DNA of 64,000 nucleotides from a virus: the IMG/VR virus record IMGVR_UViG_3300025879_001499, positions 7,263 through 71,262 of that record, one strand, 5' to 3'. The notes under the pieces were generated by a model. The model was given only the letters and a program-made list of their open reading frames with translations, searched no databases and had not been told where the DNA came from. Positions 37,237 through 47,436 of this stretch are shown here, one piece after another; the stretch's first letter is position 1; each line of letters begins with the position of its first letter. The position numbers and the translations under genes were made by a program.

Positions 37237-37803
37237 TTAATATTCATATTCTTTTTTGGGTCCTGTCAAATTCCCATTTATAAGGAATGAACAATTGAAA
37301 CACAACATTCTGAGGTTATCATATTTGTGATTTTTTCTATCACCATCTAAGAAATCCAATACCAATGGAACTCGGAAATCGGTTACCCTTCTTTCTTCAA
37401 ATCCACAATTATTACACTTCTCCAACATATACCCATTGTTCAATAATCTCTTCTTTAGCTTCCACACCGGATACTCAGGGTGTTTACCAGCTAAGATATC
37501 ATCTAAACCATGAGCTAATGTATTTGGGTTTGTTCCTTTTCTGATTCCAATACCATGTGGGTTTTTCAAATCATCAAATATACCATACTCCTTAGCGTAC
37601 TTCTTATAAGTGTTGTATGATACTCCCAACATCCTTGCAGCCTCAGCAGCAGAACGTGCTTTTTGTTGTACATCCTTTATCTCAGATTCCATCAATGGTC
37701 TAGCACCCAATCCCCTTTTAGTTCTATTTTTAGGGGCTTGTGATAAATCAGTTGTTGGGTCATATTGGGGAAATAAAGATTCCCCATTTGTAACATCTTC
37801 CAT
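37237..37803 (-). CDS. HTH plus Zn-binding HNH-like protein
   Basis: SAAEAARMLGVSYNTYKKY; CNNCG...LDFLDGDRKN...NLRMLCFNC (the usual catalytic His reads F). Confidence 0.75.
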   Translation of the reverse strand: MEDVTNGESLFPQYDPTTDLSQAPKNRTKRGLGARPLMESEIKDVQQKARSAAEAARMLGVSYNTYKKYAKEYGIFDDLKNPHGIGIRKGTNPNTLAHGLDDILAGKHPEYPVWKLKKRLLNNGYMLEKCNNCGFEERRVTDFRVPLVLDFLDGDRKNHKYDNLRMLCFNCSFLINGNLTGPKKEYEY

Positions 37804-37849
37804 TTTTATATACTATTTAGGTTTTTTACTATTTGTATATAAATATAGA

Positions 37850-38062
37850 TTAATCCTTTTTTTCTACACCAAACTTAGAAAGTTTGTACCAAGCTCTTTC
37901 GTGAAAGAAATAAAGTATCATTTTAGTAAATACCTCAACTCCACCAATGGTTAATCCCATTTCCCAACTTCCAGTTATTAGAGCTGATAGGAGCATCGTA
38001 TCCAATGTTCCTATCACTCTCCAACTTATGGTTTTTAAAAGGTGTCTTTTATAACTTACCAT
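37850..38062 (-). CDS. DUF2061-like small membrane protein
   Basis: RHLLKTISWRVIGT...YFFHERAW. Confidence 0.8.
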   Translation of the reverse strand: MVSYKRHLLKTISWRVIGTLDTMLLSALITGSWEMGLTIGGVEVFTKMILYFFHERAWYKLSKFGVEKKD

Positions 38063-38450
38063 CTTTTTTCATTTGCTCTCTGATTGAGGTTGCTGAGATA
38101 TCACCTATTTCCTTTGGTGGTACGTGCTCTATAATATCGTACCCCACTCCTCTACCATAGTTGATAGATTCTATATCTGGAATAATGGTTGGTAATACTT
38201 TACCCTCTTCAATGAGTTCTTTTAACTCACCTTCTTTCACCATTTCCAAAATTTGTTCTGCTGTCCAAGGATTCTTTTCATCTGGTTCTACATCTCTGAT
38301 ACCTAACCATACGTTGTATCCTTCTTTAAGTCTTTCATTGATTAACCATAGATGTCCCTTATGTAGCGGCTGCCATCTACCTGCAAAAAATGAATACTTC
38401 TTCTCCGTAGAGGAACTCTCTTTATCTGCTCGTGCTTTTATGTTTGCCAT
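38049..38450 (-). CDS. HxGH cytidylyltransferase-like nucleotidyltransferase
   Basis: GRWQPLHKGH, YGRGVGY, ISATSIR. Confidence 0.85.
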   Translation of the reverse strand: MANIKARADKESSSTEKKYSFFAGRWQPLHKGHLWLINERLKEGYNVWLGIRDVEPDEKNPWTAEQILEMVKEGELKELIEEGKVLPTIIPDIESINYGRGVGYDIIEHVPPKEIGDISATSIREQMKKDGKL

Positions 38451-38467
38451 TGATTTAATTTAGCGGT

Positions 38468-38953
38468 TTATAACTTGTTTTCTTTTTTTAAATGATTTAC
38501 GATTTTGGTGAACGATTGTTCAGGTGTATCTTTAGTTGTATCCACATCAAAGAAATTCTTTTGAGGTGCTACATAATCTTCCGAATGGAAGTGGTCTCTT
38601 TCTCTTGGTTCAGAACAGTGTACATAGAACTCAGAAAAATCATCTAAACCAATTCTTTCTTTGAATTCTTCTCTTAACCATTCATAAGGTGCTACTAATG
38701 ATACGACTACATCACATCCTTTATTGTAAAGATACTCAGCTATTAAATGAGCGTTTCGGATGTTGTTGATTCTTCCCTGTTCGGAATAATCTTTATTTAC
38801 AGTAAGTGCTCTTAAATCATCACCATCGATGTGAAACACTTCCTTTCTCCAATTTCGTTTTTCGGATTGGAGTAGTTCTACTAACTTTTTACCTAATACA
38901 GTTTTTCCGTGAGCCGGTTGGCCTGTAAACCAATAAATTTTACCATTTACCAT
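38468..38953 (-). CDS. cysC: Adenylylsulfate (APS) kinase
   Basis: WFTGQPAHGKT, IDGDDLR, DYS..GR..N, VSLVAPY. Confidence 0.85.
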   Translation of the reverse strand: MVNGKIYWFTGQPAHGKTVLGKKLVELLQSEKRNWRKEVFHIDGDDLRALTVNKDYSEQGRINNIRNAHLIAEYLYNKGCDVVVSLVAPYEWLREEFKERIGLDDFSEFYVHCSEPRERDHFHSEDYVAPQKNFFDVDTTKDTPEQSFTKIVNHLKKENKL

Positions 38954-38983
38954 AACTTGAGTTTAATTGATACAAATATACAA

Positions 38984-39009
38984 AAAAAGTTTGGATTTAC
39001 CAAACTTTT
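38984..39009 (-). terminator. Terminator hairpin fused to a promoter
   Basis: AAAAGTTTGG-TAAAT-CCAAACTTTT followed by TTTGTATATTTG. Confidence 0.7.
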
Positions 39010-39038
39010 CTTGCATTTATTTTTAATTTGAGTAGATA

Positions 39039-40250
39039 TTAGTTAATAGCATATTTAGCTTCATTATCATCCCAATCTTTTTTAGACATATAACCAAATG
39101 ATTCAACACCTTTAATGGTTAACATCCTATCCGTATTTTTGTTTTTAAACATATCTGCACCACGTTTTGATGCATGTACTTTTATTAATTTTTTACCCCT
39201 TCTAGTATCAACGTAACTAACATACTCATTGTTAGATTCATCTACCGATTCTTTCATATTTGAGGTAATTGATTCAGGTGCGTTATCTTTAACCCATCCA
39301 AACAATTTATCTTTCCAAATTTTTTCTGGGAAAATACCACCCTTAGCTTTCTTAACAGGTAGTGAAAGGAAACCCTTTACTTTACCTTTAATCGTTCTAC
39401 CCTCATCATCAGTATAGAATACAGTATTCTCAGGGTTGTTTAGAATAACATCTACTCTACCATTCATTCCTTTTGGAAGTGCTTTAGTTATCAATCCCCA
39501 TATTGTGTTAGAAGCACCTTCATGTGTTTTTAAAAGGATATCTTCAGGTACCATCCTAGCTCTACTCTTATTATTTACCATTGCGGTAACGTAGTTAGTA
39601 AGAACCCAAGTTAAGTGAATGTTTTCAGCTTTATATCCAGCGTTCTTTAACATAGGAAGTACTTTAGTAATATCAGTTACATCCTTTGCCGTAATATCAA
39701 ATAAGATATTTGGAAGTGTTTCTGGGTTATCTTTACCAGTTAATAAGTTAGCCAATGAATTATCTTTGATACCCATTGCTTTAACTAAGATATGAAGAGC
39801 GTATACGTGGTTTGGGTTCTTTAGATTTAAATTTTGTAATTTATACCCATCACTTTCAATTTTGTTTATCAAATCTAAATCCTTTGGTTTGATATTTTTA
39901 CCATATTTTTTAATGATAGTTTTAATATCCAATTTACCCAGCCTATTTAGTACCTGAAGTTGTTTCTTCATTTCATCCACATCTCTAATTTTAAAAGATG
40001 CCGAATCTACAAAGTTTTTTATAGCGAATCCTTTACCACTACCAGCTCCACCAGCCATAAAAACGATTTGACCATATGGTTTACGATTACCATAGGTAAT
40101 CAACTTTTCATTTAATATCTCTTCTGTTATTTCTTCGAAAATCATAATTTCATTTTTTCTCTTTTTCTTTCCTGCACAATGTGCCTTTTGACTAAATCCT
40201 TTTGGGTTAGAACAATCTATTGATTTCTTATATTTCTTACTCCAAGTCAT
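39039..40250 (-). CDS. Zeta-toxin-like P-loop kinase with extra N- and C-terminal modules
   Basis: MAGGAGSGKG, DVD, ILFD, RARMVPE...H; linkers EEITEEILNE and KESVDESNNE. Confidence 0.7.
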   Translation of the reverse strand: MTWSKKYKKSIDCSNPKGFSQKAHCAGKKKRKNEIMIFEEITEEILNEKLITYGNRKPYGQIVFMAGGAGSGKGFAIKNFVDSASFKIRDVDEMKKQLQVLNRLGKLDIKTIIKKYGKNIKPKDLDLINKIESDGYKLQNLNLKNPNHVYALHILVKAMGIKDNSLANLLTGKDNPETLPNILFDITAKDVTDITKVLPMLKNAGYKAENIHLTWVLTNYVTAMVNNKSRARMVPEDILLKTHEGASNTIWGLITKALPKGMNGRVDVILNNPENTVFYTDDEGRTIKGKVKGFLSLPVKKAKGGIFPEKIWKDKLFGWVKDNAPESITSNMKESVDESNNEYVSYVDTRRGKKLIKVHASKRGADMFKNKNTDRMLTIKGVESFGYMSKKDWDDNEAKYAIN

Positions 40251-40285
40251 ATTCTATAAATATATATTCAAAACCTTAAAAGTTG

Positions 40286-41884
40286 TTATTTTGTGGTGAT
40301 TTTTACACCACCTTGGAAGAATCCATTTGGTACATTCTGAATTGTTGTTGGTTTATCATTTGTATTTTTATTAAACAATACATTTGGTGTACCACCCAAT
40401 AAGCTTCTTCTATCAGTCCAATCATCTGCATTTGATGATGTGTAAATAGCATCACCAGATAAACTTTCTAAGGATGCCTTTATAACCTCAGGCTTAGAAC
40501 CAGGATTTTGTTGTAATAACAAAGCAGCCATACCAGCAACTTGAGGAGCTGCCATAGATGTTCCACCAATATTACATTGACGATATGCATTATCAAAGTT
40601 ATAAGGTGCATCGGCAAACTTATTTGTATTTGAAGTACAACTCATAATATTGGTTCCAGCAGCATAGATATCAACACCAGGTCCACATTCCGATGATTGA
40701 ACTTTTTGGTCTTTTGTTGCTGAGTTAGCAGTTGAATCTATATTACCAACCATTATTGCTCTATCTGAATATGGGGATGACCCTCTATGATAATAACGAG
40801 TACCAACATTAGTTACAACAAAATTATCATAATCATCACCACCAGGTATATCTATTTTATTACCTCTATTACCAGCGGCAATAGTTACTACAATACCAGC
40901 ATCAATCAATTCCTCTACATCAGTATCAACCGATGCTATTCTTGTATTGGATACGAAATTTCTACCAGCGTTTGCACCACTATTATATACTAAACCATAA
41001 TTAGATTCTCTATAAGATGAACTACTGGTTGTATTTGAATCTGTATAGGATGTTCCTCTATAAGTTAATGAAGTTACAGAATCAAAATAAGTTCCATATC
41101 CCCAACTCATATTTACCACAGTTGGTCTTTTATATCCAGTATCAGATTGAATTGGTTTATTGTTGTGCCAACCCTTAATGACATCAAATGCATCGGATAT
41201 AGAAATACCAGTACCACTATCACTACTACCTTCCAATCCATTTACTTTTACGAAGTAAACAGCAGCACCTTTAGCTACTCCATGATTCAAGCCAGCAGCG
41301 ATGCCAGCTACGTGAGTCCCATGCCCATCTAAATCTCTATTGTGATTTGCATCTTGAGTTCCACTTACCCCACTTAAATTGTACCAATCAATTGTTAGTG
41401 CTCTCTCAACACCATCAGTTCCTTTAAATTCAGGGTGGTCAAACTGTAATCCACTATCTTGAATTACAATATCCACACCACTACCATCTAAATTATAAGT
41501 ATAATCTTCGGATGTAGATGTACTACTACCATAGTTGTTAGTTTTGGATTTATGTCTTATCAATCCCCAATTTAAAAATGCACCACTATCAGATGTGGTT
41601 TTAGTAAAATTTCCAGTTTGAGTTACTCTTGGTTCGATGAAAATATCATCTCTAAATTCAGGTGGTATTTCAACAGCCATAACTCTTTCATCTTGTCTTA
41701 TTAGTTCAACCTCTTCTTCTGAAAGAGTGTACCAAGTTTGACGTGGCGAGTTTGGTCTAAGATTTGGAGAATCAACTCTACGATTAGGGATATATAGTTT
41801 ACCCCCATCGTTTTCGTTTTCCATATCATCCCAAAAAGATTGATAATTTACACCTTTGTGTAATATAACGTTGTATGTTTCCAT
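40286..41884 (-). CDS. Subtilisin-like S8 serine protease
   Basis: IVIQDSG, GHGTHVAG, AAGN and GTSMAAP triad motifs. Confidence 0.93.
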   Translation of the reverse strand: METYNVILHKGVNYQSFWDDMENENDGGKLYIPNRRVDSPNLRPNSPRQTWYTLSEEEVELIRQDERVMAVEIPPEFRDDIFIEPRVTQTGNFTKTTSDSGAFLNWGLIRHKSKTNNYGSSTSTSEDYTYNLDGSGVDIVIQDSGLQFDHPEFKGTDGVERALTIDWYNLSGVSGTQDANHNRDLDGHGTHVAGIAAGLNHGVAKGAAVYFVKVNGLEGSSDSGTGISISDAFDVIKGWHNNKPIQSDTGYKRPTVVNMSWGYGTYFDSVTSLTYRGTSYTDSNTTSSSSYRESNYGLVYNSGANAGRNFVSNTRIASVDTDVEELIDAGIVVTIAAGNRGNKIDIPGGDDYDNFVVTNVGTRYYHRGSSPYSDRAIMVGNIDSTANSATKDQKVQSSECGPGVDIYAAGTNIMSCTSNTNKFADAPYNFDNAYRQCNIGGTSMAAPQVAGMAALLLQQNPGSKPEVIKASLESLSGDAIYTSSNADDWTDRRSLLGGTPNVLFNKNTNDKPTTIQNVPNGFFQGGVKITTK

Positions 41885-41893
41885 TTAGTTTTA

Positions 41894-44545
41894 TTAATAT
41901 AGTGCGTTCCATTGGTTACCATCCCAAAAGTATGGTTTAATTGTATTCCCACTACCACTTGATATAATACTACCACTCTGAGGATTTGTTGGAGTTGTTG
42001 TTCTTGGTGTAAGTTGAAGAATATCATCTATTTTTACACCTAATTCGTTACTTGAACTCAACAATAACTCACCTTCAGTTCTAAACTCCATTGCAACAGA
42101 TTCAATATTGGTAGTTGTTGTAGTAATCGTATGAGTATTGATTGTACCACCAACAGTTAAATTATCATCTAACGATATGGAACCAGTACCAATTACTGAA
42201 CCAGTACCAATAGTTATTGTACCCGTTGTAGTAATATCTTCAGTTGTAATTAAAGATTCTACTGTTGCAAAATCAATATTACCAGCACCATCGGTTTTTA
42301 AAACTTGATTTGCAGATGTACCATCCGAAGTTGGGAATTGGATAGCGTTATTAAGTATAAGAGTATCACCTTCCAATCTACCAAATGAACCAGTTGAATC
42401 AGCATTACCGGATAAAGCACCAGTATAAGTAATATTCGAAACAACTATATCATCAACTGTAAGCGTATTGGTTGCATCATTGAATGTTAAATCAGCTGAA
42501 CTGGTTATATCACCAGTTGAACCGGCTATTAATACGTGTCCATTAAGTGTTGTGGCTGGTGTTATTTGTGCCGATGAAGATACAATACCAGCTCCCAATG
42601 TTTCTATCTGACCTGATGATGATATGATACCAACAGGAACATTAGTCAAAGTAGAATAATCACCACCACTATCAGCTCCACCAGTCAATGATACCCAACT
42701 ACCACTTTTATATCCTAAGAAATCATGCGAATCTAAGTTATATAATATATCACCATTTGAAACCGAAAAAGATGCAGTTACATCATTATCAAACGGAGTC
42801 AACCTAAATGGTGAATCGGTAATCACAACAGCGTTAGATGCTGATAGGTTTAAGTTGTTATTTGAATATATAGTTGGTGTACCAGATGTACCAACTGATA
42901 TTGATTCTGCTGTTATAGCACCAGATGCAGATATTGTACTATTGAATATAGCAGGAGGTCCTACTATGAAATTACCCGTACCATCTTCAATTGATGCTGA
43001 GAATGAACCAGATGCTATCTTTTGTCCATCAACCCCACCTTCGATTGCCGAACCAGGTATATTGAATAATCCTGCTCCACTACCACTAATAAGTGAACCA
43101 CTTTGGATTACTATATTCCCATTTGCTAATATACTACCAGTTGGTGTGTTGATTGTAATACCAACTACACTATTGGCAGTTATCGAATTATCACCATCCG
43201 ATAGTGATGATGCCTCAGTTGCAACAGTACCAATAATTGCGGATGATGGTATCCCAAATAATTGAGCACCACTACCACTAAATGCACCATTAGTTAGTAA
43301 AACACTACCAGTTACTTGAACATCTCTAAATTTCTGAGTTGCAGTGAAATCATTCTCATCTACAAGATTCACACCTTGAATAGCATCTATATTAGTTTGT
43401 AATGCCGAAGCTGATGCATCTAATGCACCTTGTAATACAAAAGTTAAATCACTTATTTGTTGTGAAGATGATATGATGTTAGTACCACTTACACTAAACC
43501 CACCACCTCCAGCTGAACCTGAAAGGACTTGTAGTTGATTTAAATAAGGTAACACTAATGAATTTGCATAATACCTATTGGTTGAACCCTCACTAATATC
43601 ATCGGTAGTTAGAGTTGATAAGTCTATCTGAGAACCATCTATTTGTGCAGATGATGATACTATACCCGTTGGTTTGTTGCTAAGAGTATTCCAATCGGCT
43701 GCTCCACCACCAGCGTTATCCAATCTAGTTGCAAATGAACCAGAATCAGTTTCATAATCAGATAAACTAACAAAGTTACCAATATCATTTGTAGTCAACA
43801 AATTACCACCATCAGCACCACCAATGGCTAAATCTATTGTATCATTAAATGCATTACCAACGCCAGTAAATGTAAGAGTAGAATTGGATAATGTTATATT
43901 TGAGATATAATCAGTTCCACCTCCACTACCACCTCCCGCAGCGTTTAACGCATATGAGGAAGTAACAGCGTATGATGCTGATAAAACGGTCATTGATGAT
44001 GTAACACTACTACCTATGAATCCCAACTCAGTAATTTGCTGTGAACCAGATACAGTTCCCGATGGAATTGATACACCACCACCACCACCGGCTCCGAACC
44101 CTGCAGCTGCAACCGATGCGGATACATCCGAATCGAAGTTGGTTATAGTTGATGAACTGATTGAACCACTTAATACATCACTACCACCCAATGCGGATAA
44201 TACTGCAGTATTTAAGTTTTGTATTTGAGTAGCTTCGACTTGTTGAGATGAAGTTATCATACCCAAATCAATAACGTGCTCAGTTACTCTAGCATTAGTA
44301 TAATATAGATTTGAGGGATTTTCAGAAATATCACTCGTATCTAATGCGTTAATTGTAGAGTTTACCGTTGATATCTGAGATGTTAATTCAGCATCAGTTG
44401 CTAAATCATCTGTAAGATATGATTGTAATGATGTTAATGTTGTTTTTTGTGTTGTTCCACCATCTACAACGGGAAAAATCGTAGCATCTCTAAGAGAGCC
44501 CGATGTTAGTTCCGTTAGTTCCGATATTTTTACGTTATCTGCCAT
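41894..44545 (-). CDS. Tail-fibre-like structural protein
   Basis: G/S/T-rich; ISSS(Q/A)QI repeats; DISE..N.YY repeats; NQVLKTDGAGN. Confidence 0.75.
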   Translation of the reverse strand: MADNVKISELTELTSGSLRDATIFPVVDGGTTQKTTLTSLQSYLTDDLATDAELTSQISTVNSTINALDTSDISENPSNLYYTNARVTEHVIDLGMITSSQQVEATQIQNLNTAVLSALGGSDVLSGSISSSTITNFDSDVSASVAAAGFGAGGGGGVSIPSGTVSGSQQITELGFIGSSVTSSMTVLSASYAVTSSYALNAAGGGSGGGTDYISNITLSNSTLTFTGVGNAFNDTIDLAIGGADGGNLLTTNDIGNFVSLSDYETDSGSFATRLDNAGGGAADWNTLSNKPTGIVSSSAQIDGSQIDLSTLTTDDISEGSTNRYYANSLVLPYLNQLQVLSGSAGGGGFSVSGTNIISSSQQISDLTFVLQGALDASASALQTNIDAIQGVNLVDENDFTATQKFRDVQVTGSVLLTNGAFSGSGAQLFGIPSSAIIGTVATEASSLSDGDNSITANSVVGITINTPTGSILANGNIVIQSGSLISGSGAGLFNIPGSAIEGGVDGQKIASGSFSASIEDGTGNFIVGPPAIFNSTISASGAITAESISVGTSGTPTIYSNNNLNLSASNAVVITDSPFRLTPFDNDVTASFSVSNGDILYNLDSHDFLGYKSGSWVSLTGGADSGGDYSTLTNVPVGIISSSGQIETLGAGIVSSSAQITPATTLNGHVLIAGSTGDITSSADLTFNDATNTLTVDDIVVSNITYTGALSGNADSTGSFGRLEGDTLILNNAIQFPTSDGTSANQVLKTDGAGNIDFATVESLITTEDITTTGTITIGTGSVIGTGSISLDDNLTVGGTINTHTITTTTTNIESVAMEFRTEGELLLSSSNELGVKIDDILQLTPRTTTPTNPQSGSIISSGSGNTIKPYFWDGNQWNALY

Positions 44546-44598
44546 ATCTTACCAATGTTCTTATCTTTGTTTCTTTTATTCTTTCTTTATATAACGTA

Positions 44599-45012
44599 TT
44601 ACAATCTACCCCACTCCGAAATACTTTCTTTGAGTGGTTTCATACCACCCTTAACTCTGAGTGTATTCAATTGTTTAATTACCTCTTTTTGTTTTTGAGA
44701 GTTCGGTATTGTTTTCAAAGCTTGAGTCATTAACTTATACATCTCAGCTTTCTCAGATGATGATAATGATTCGTTCATCTCTCTAGCATACATCTTCATC
44801 TTAACATCCATATCAACAAACCTCACTTTGATGTTTTGTTGTTTGTAGAAACGATTAAGTGTTCTTACCAAATCACTAATTACCGATTTTACCTTCTCTT
44901 TATCATTCTTATCCGTAACCCAAAAGAACTCTTGTGGAAAGAGTTCTCTAACGATGTTTGCAATCGATATGGTTAGGGATGATTCGTTTAATATATCAGT
45001 TAGCTTAATCAT
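44599..45012 (-). CDS. Putative head-internal protein with MIKLTDILNE leader
   Basis: Leader plus internal EMNES and LKESISE. Confidence 0.6.
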   Translation of the reverse strand: MIKLTDILNESSLTISIANIVRELFPQEFFWVTDKNDKEKVKSVISDLVRTLNRFYKQQNIKVRFVDMDVKMKMYAREMNESLSSSEKAEMYKLMTQALKTIPNSQKQKEVIKQLNTLRVKGGMKPLKESISEWGRL

Positions 45013-45013
45013 A

Positions 45014-46876
45014 TTAGTTGATGTATGCATTTAACTCATATCCGTTCTTCATTCCGTAAACCTGAATGTGTAACATCTTTCTTTGTGGTTTACCATTTTT
45101 AAGAAGTTCTAACGATACTCTTGTAGTTTTACCCACCGATGGTCTCTTTGAGTTCATTCCAACTTTGGTGAACATCTCATCATCCTCTATTTCGTATCCT
45201 TTCTTTTTAGCGTATACTTCTGCTGCCTCAATTGCATGAGTGTAAGATTTGTGATACACATCATCCGATTCGTTTACTGATTCATATTTAATCATATCAG
45301 TATTAAACTTTTCAAAATTCTTCTTTGCCCATTTTACGGCAGATTCGTAAGAATTAAATTTAATTCTGTCTTGTTTGAATCCTTTTTTCTTGTTTAAGAA
45401 ATCAATGTAAACTTTTTCTTCGTTTACTAATTCAAACAGTTCATCTCTTGTAAGTTTTCTACCGAATGCCTTTTCAAATGCTTTAATCATTTTTACTTCA
45501 GTACTAGCATTTCTTCCAAGTAGTTTTAAAACTCTTTTTAATTCATCTTCAGAAAAATTATAGTTTACTTTTTCTTCGTTTACTGATTCATTTACCGAAT
45601 ATGAAAGGAATCCTCTATCACCAACGTTTACTTTAATTTTACCCTTAGATAGTTTTTCAACTTCTCTTTTAGTTTTCTGTGGGTCTTGATGTGCATGATA
45701 AAAGTTATTCTTAATCTTAGAAGATGAACCAGGTTTTTGATTAAAGTTTTTTACCAAATCACCACCATCATACCCAACTCCACCAATATTAACTTTATTA
45801 TGACCAGAGTTATAATAAACATCATATTTTGGCTTAGCATCTAATATTACCTGTGTAAGGTATTTGTAATCTGCCTTTTCGTTTAATGATTCATTAAATC
45901 CTTCAATATCCCATTGAATTCTTTGTAATGGATTATCACCTCTAAAGTTTTTCTTTACCCAATCAATAAGTCCAGGTTCATTCTTAGCATTTTGAGCCAT
46001 ATCGAATGCGTTTCTAGCACCCCCATTACTTGCCATACTATCCAACCATTGTTCATATTTCGTTTGAGTCCATCTTACTTTCTTAACTACTTTCTTATGT
46101 GGACCATCTCCTAATTTTGAAGTAGCTGCAGCGTAAGAACCTGGAAGGAATACACCAACATCCTTACCATTACCATATTTTATTTTTTTTCTGAATAACC
46201 TTAGTGAATATTCTCCACTTTCTTTTTGTTTAGGTTTTGAAACTTCGCCTTGTCTTTTACCTAATTCAATTTTCTTTTCTTCAGCAGTTTTGGGATTTAT
46301 TTCAAAATGTAAAGATTTTACTAAATCACCAATACCATCAAATTTACCTTCGTTTACTGATTCATCAATTTCAAATTTAGAATATTTGTTTAAATCATTT
46401 AAACTTTTTAATTCAACTCGTTTACCGTTTGAATCCAATCCATAGATAGTAGCGGTATATTTACCCATTCCATCGGAACGTTTACCTTTTAGTTTTTGTT
46501 TTAATTCAGCACCAGCTCTTCGTTTGTTGATAGATGAATTAAATTCGTTTACTGATTCTAACTCAACACCTTCATATATTGATTTAAGATATTTAAGGAA
46601 GTCTTTATCACTCTTCATATCTCTAAAATCACTATTTGAAAATACTTTCTTTATAAAATCCCTAATATCTTTAGAACTTTGCTTGATTAAATCAAGTTCA
46701 GCTCCTAAACTTTCACTAACTTCATCTATGATTTTAACTGGAACTAAGTGTGTACCAATTTTAGAATCGTATGCCATTATGTAATGAATACCATCCTTAC
46801 CCATAAGTTTGAAATCCTTATGTTTCTTATTCCACTCTTTTTTAGTGATTGTATGTTTAATCTTAGGTTTAGCCAT
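45014..46876 (-). CDS. Modular putative polyprotein with ESVNE linkers
   Basis: Six E-[SL]-[VL]-N-E linkers separating unrelated Lys-rich modules. Confidence 0.75.
   Translation of the reverse strand: MAKPKIKHTITKKEWNKKHKDFKLMGKDGIHYIMAYDSKIGTHLVPVKIIDEVSESLGAELDLIKQSSKDIRDFIKKVFSNSDFRDMKSDKDFLKYLKSIYEGVELESVNEFNSSINKRRAGAELKQKLKGKRSDGMGKYTATIYGLDSNGKRVELKSLNDLNKYSKFEIDESVNEGKFDGIGDLVKSLHFEINPKTAEEKKIELGKRQGEVSKPKQKESGEYSLRLFRKKIKYGNGKDVGVFLPGSYAAATSKLGDGPHKKVVKKVRWTQTKYEQWLDSMASNGGARNAFDMAQNAKNEPGLIDWVKKNFRGDNPLQRIQWDIEGFNESLNEKADYKYLTQVILDAKPKYDVYYNSGHNKVNIGGVGYDGGDLVKNFNQKPGSSSKIKNNFYHAHQDPQKTKREVEKLSKGKIKVNVGDRGFLSYSVNESVNEEKVNYNFSEDELKRVLKLLGRNASTEVKMIKAFEKAFGRKLTRDELFELVNEEKVYIDFLNKKKGFKQDRIKFNSYESAVKWAKKNFEKFNTDMIKYESVNESDDVYHKSYTHAIEAAEVYAKKKGYEIEDDEMFTKVGMNSKRPSVGKTTRVSLELLKNGKPQRKMLHIQVYGMKNGYELNAYIN
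45269..46558 (-). repeat. In-frame 15-bp repeat GAATCAGTAAACGAA, six copies
   Basis: Exact at 45269, 45575, 46349 and 46544; one mismatch at 45419 and 45878. Confidence 0.9.
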
Positions 46877-46877
46877 C

Positions 46878-47165
46878 TTATTTTAATTTGTTTGCTATTG
46901 AATATAAATCAAATTTGAATCCCATTCCAGCTCCACTATATGAGTGGTCTACATCAATAGGTAGTTTTAGTTTCTTTTCTAATGCCTTTCCAACAATAAC
47001 ACCAATCATATCATCACCAGCTCCTCTAGCTTCAATTGCATTTTGTAATTCATCCAAATCCTTAGATGTTTTAGCAATTGCCGCTAAATGAACATCACCC
47101 TTTGAAGGCATAATTGTGAAATTAACTGAGAATTTCTTACCACCTGATTTAATATCTATCTTCAT
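46878..47165 (-). CDS. Hypothetical protein
   Basis: ORF track. Confidence 0.6.
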   Translation of the reverse strand: MKIDIKSGGKKFSVNFTIMPSKGDVHLAAIAKTSKDLDELQNAIEARGAGDDMIGVIVGKALEKKLKLPIDVDHSYSGAGMGFKFDLYSIANKLK

Positions 47166-47183
47166 ATCGTTTTATTTAATAAT

Positions 47184-47435
47184 TTAGGATACATCCATTG
47201 CATCATTATGAGTAAAGGTAATACCCTTCTTCTTCAAAGTTTTAGCAAGCTTTTCCATATCATCATAATCGTATCTATATGGTAACTCAATACCATATCT
47301 ATCTTCAAAATCCGGTTTGTACATCTTCTTACCATCCACAACTATCTTATATAGTTTACCACTACGGTCTAAATAAGTTGCATCAATCTTCTTTGGATTT
47401 TTTGCTTCTGAAAGTAATTCTTTTAGTTTAATCAT
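47184..47435 (-). CDS. Putative head-internal protein with MIKLKELLSE leader
   Basis: Leader motif. Confidence 0.6.
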   Translation of the reverse strand: MIKLKELLSEAKNPKKIDATYLDRSGKLYKIVVDGKKMYKPDFEDRYGIELPYRYDYDDMEKLAKTLKKKGITFTHNDAMDVS

Positions 47436-47436
47436 A

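Noticed and set aside
37237-37803. Third HNH gene as an active mobile element
   Set aside because: The catalytic His position reads Phe (LDF), and no flanking duplication or target mimic was seen; it is more likely a domesticated DNA-binding protein.
45269-46558. The 15-bp repeats as a CRISPR array
   Set aside because: The repeat is too short, spacers are 135-456 bp and all in frame within one ORF, and there is no cas operon.
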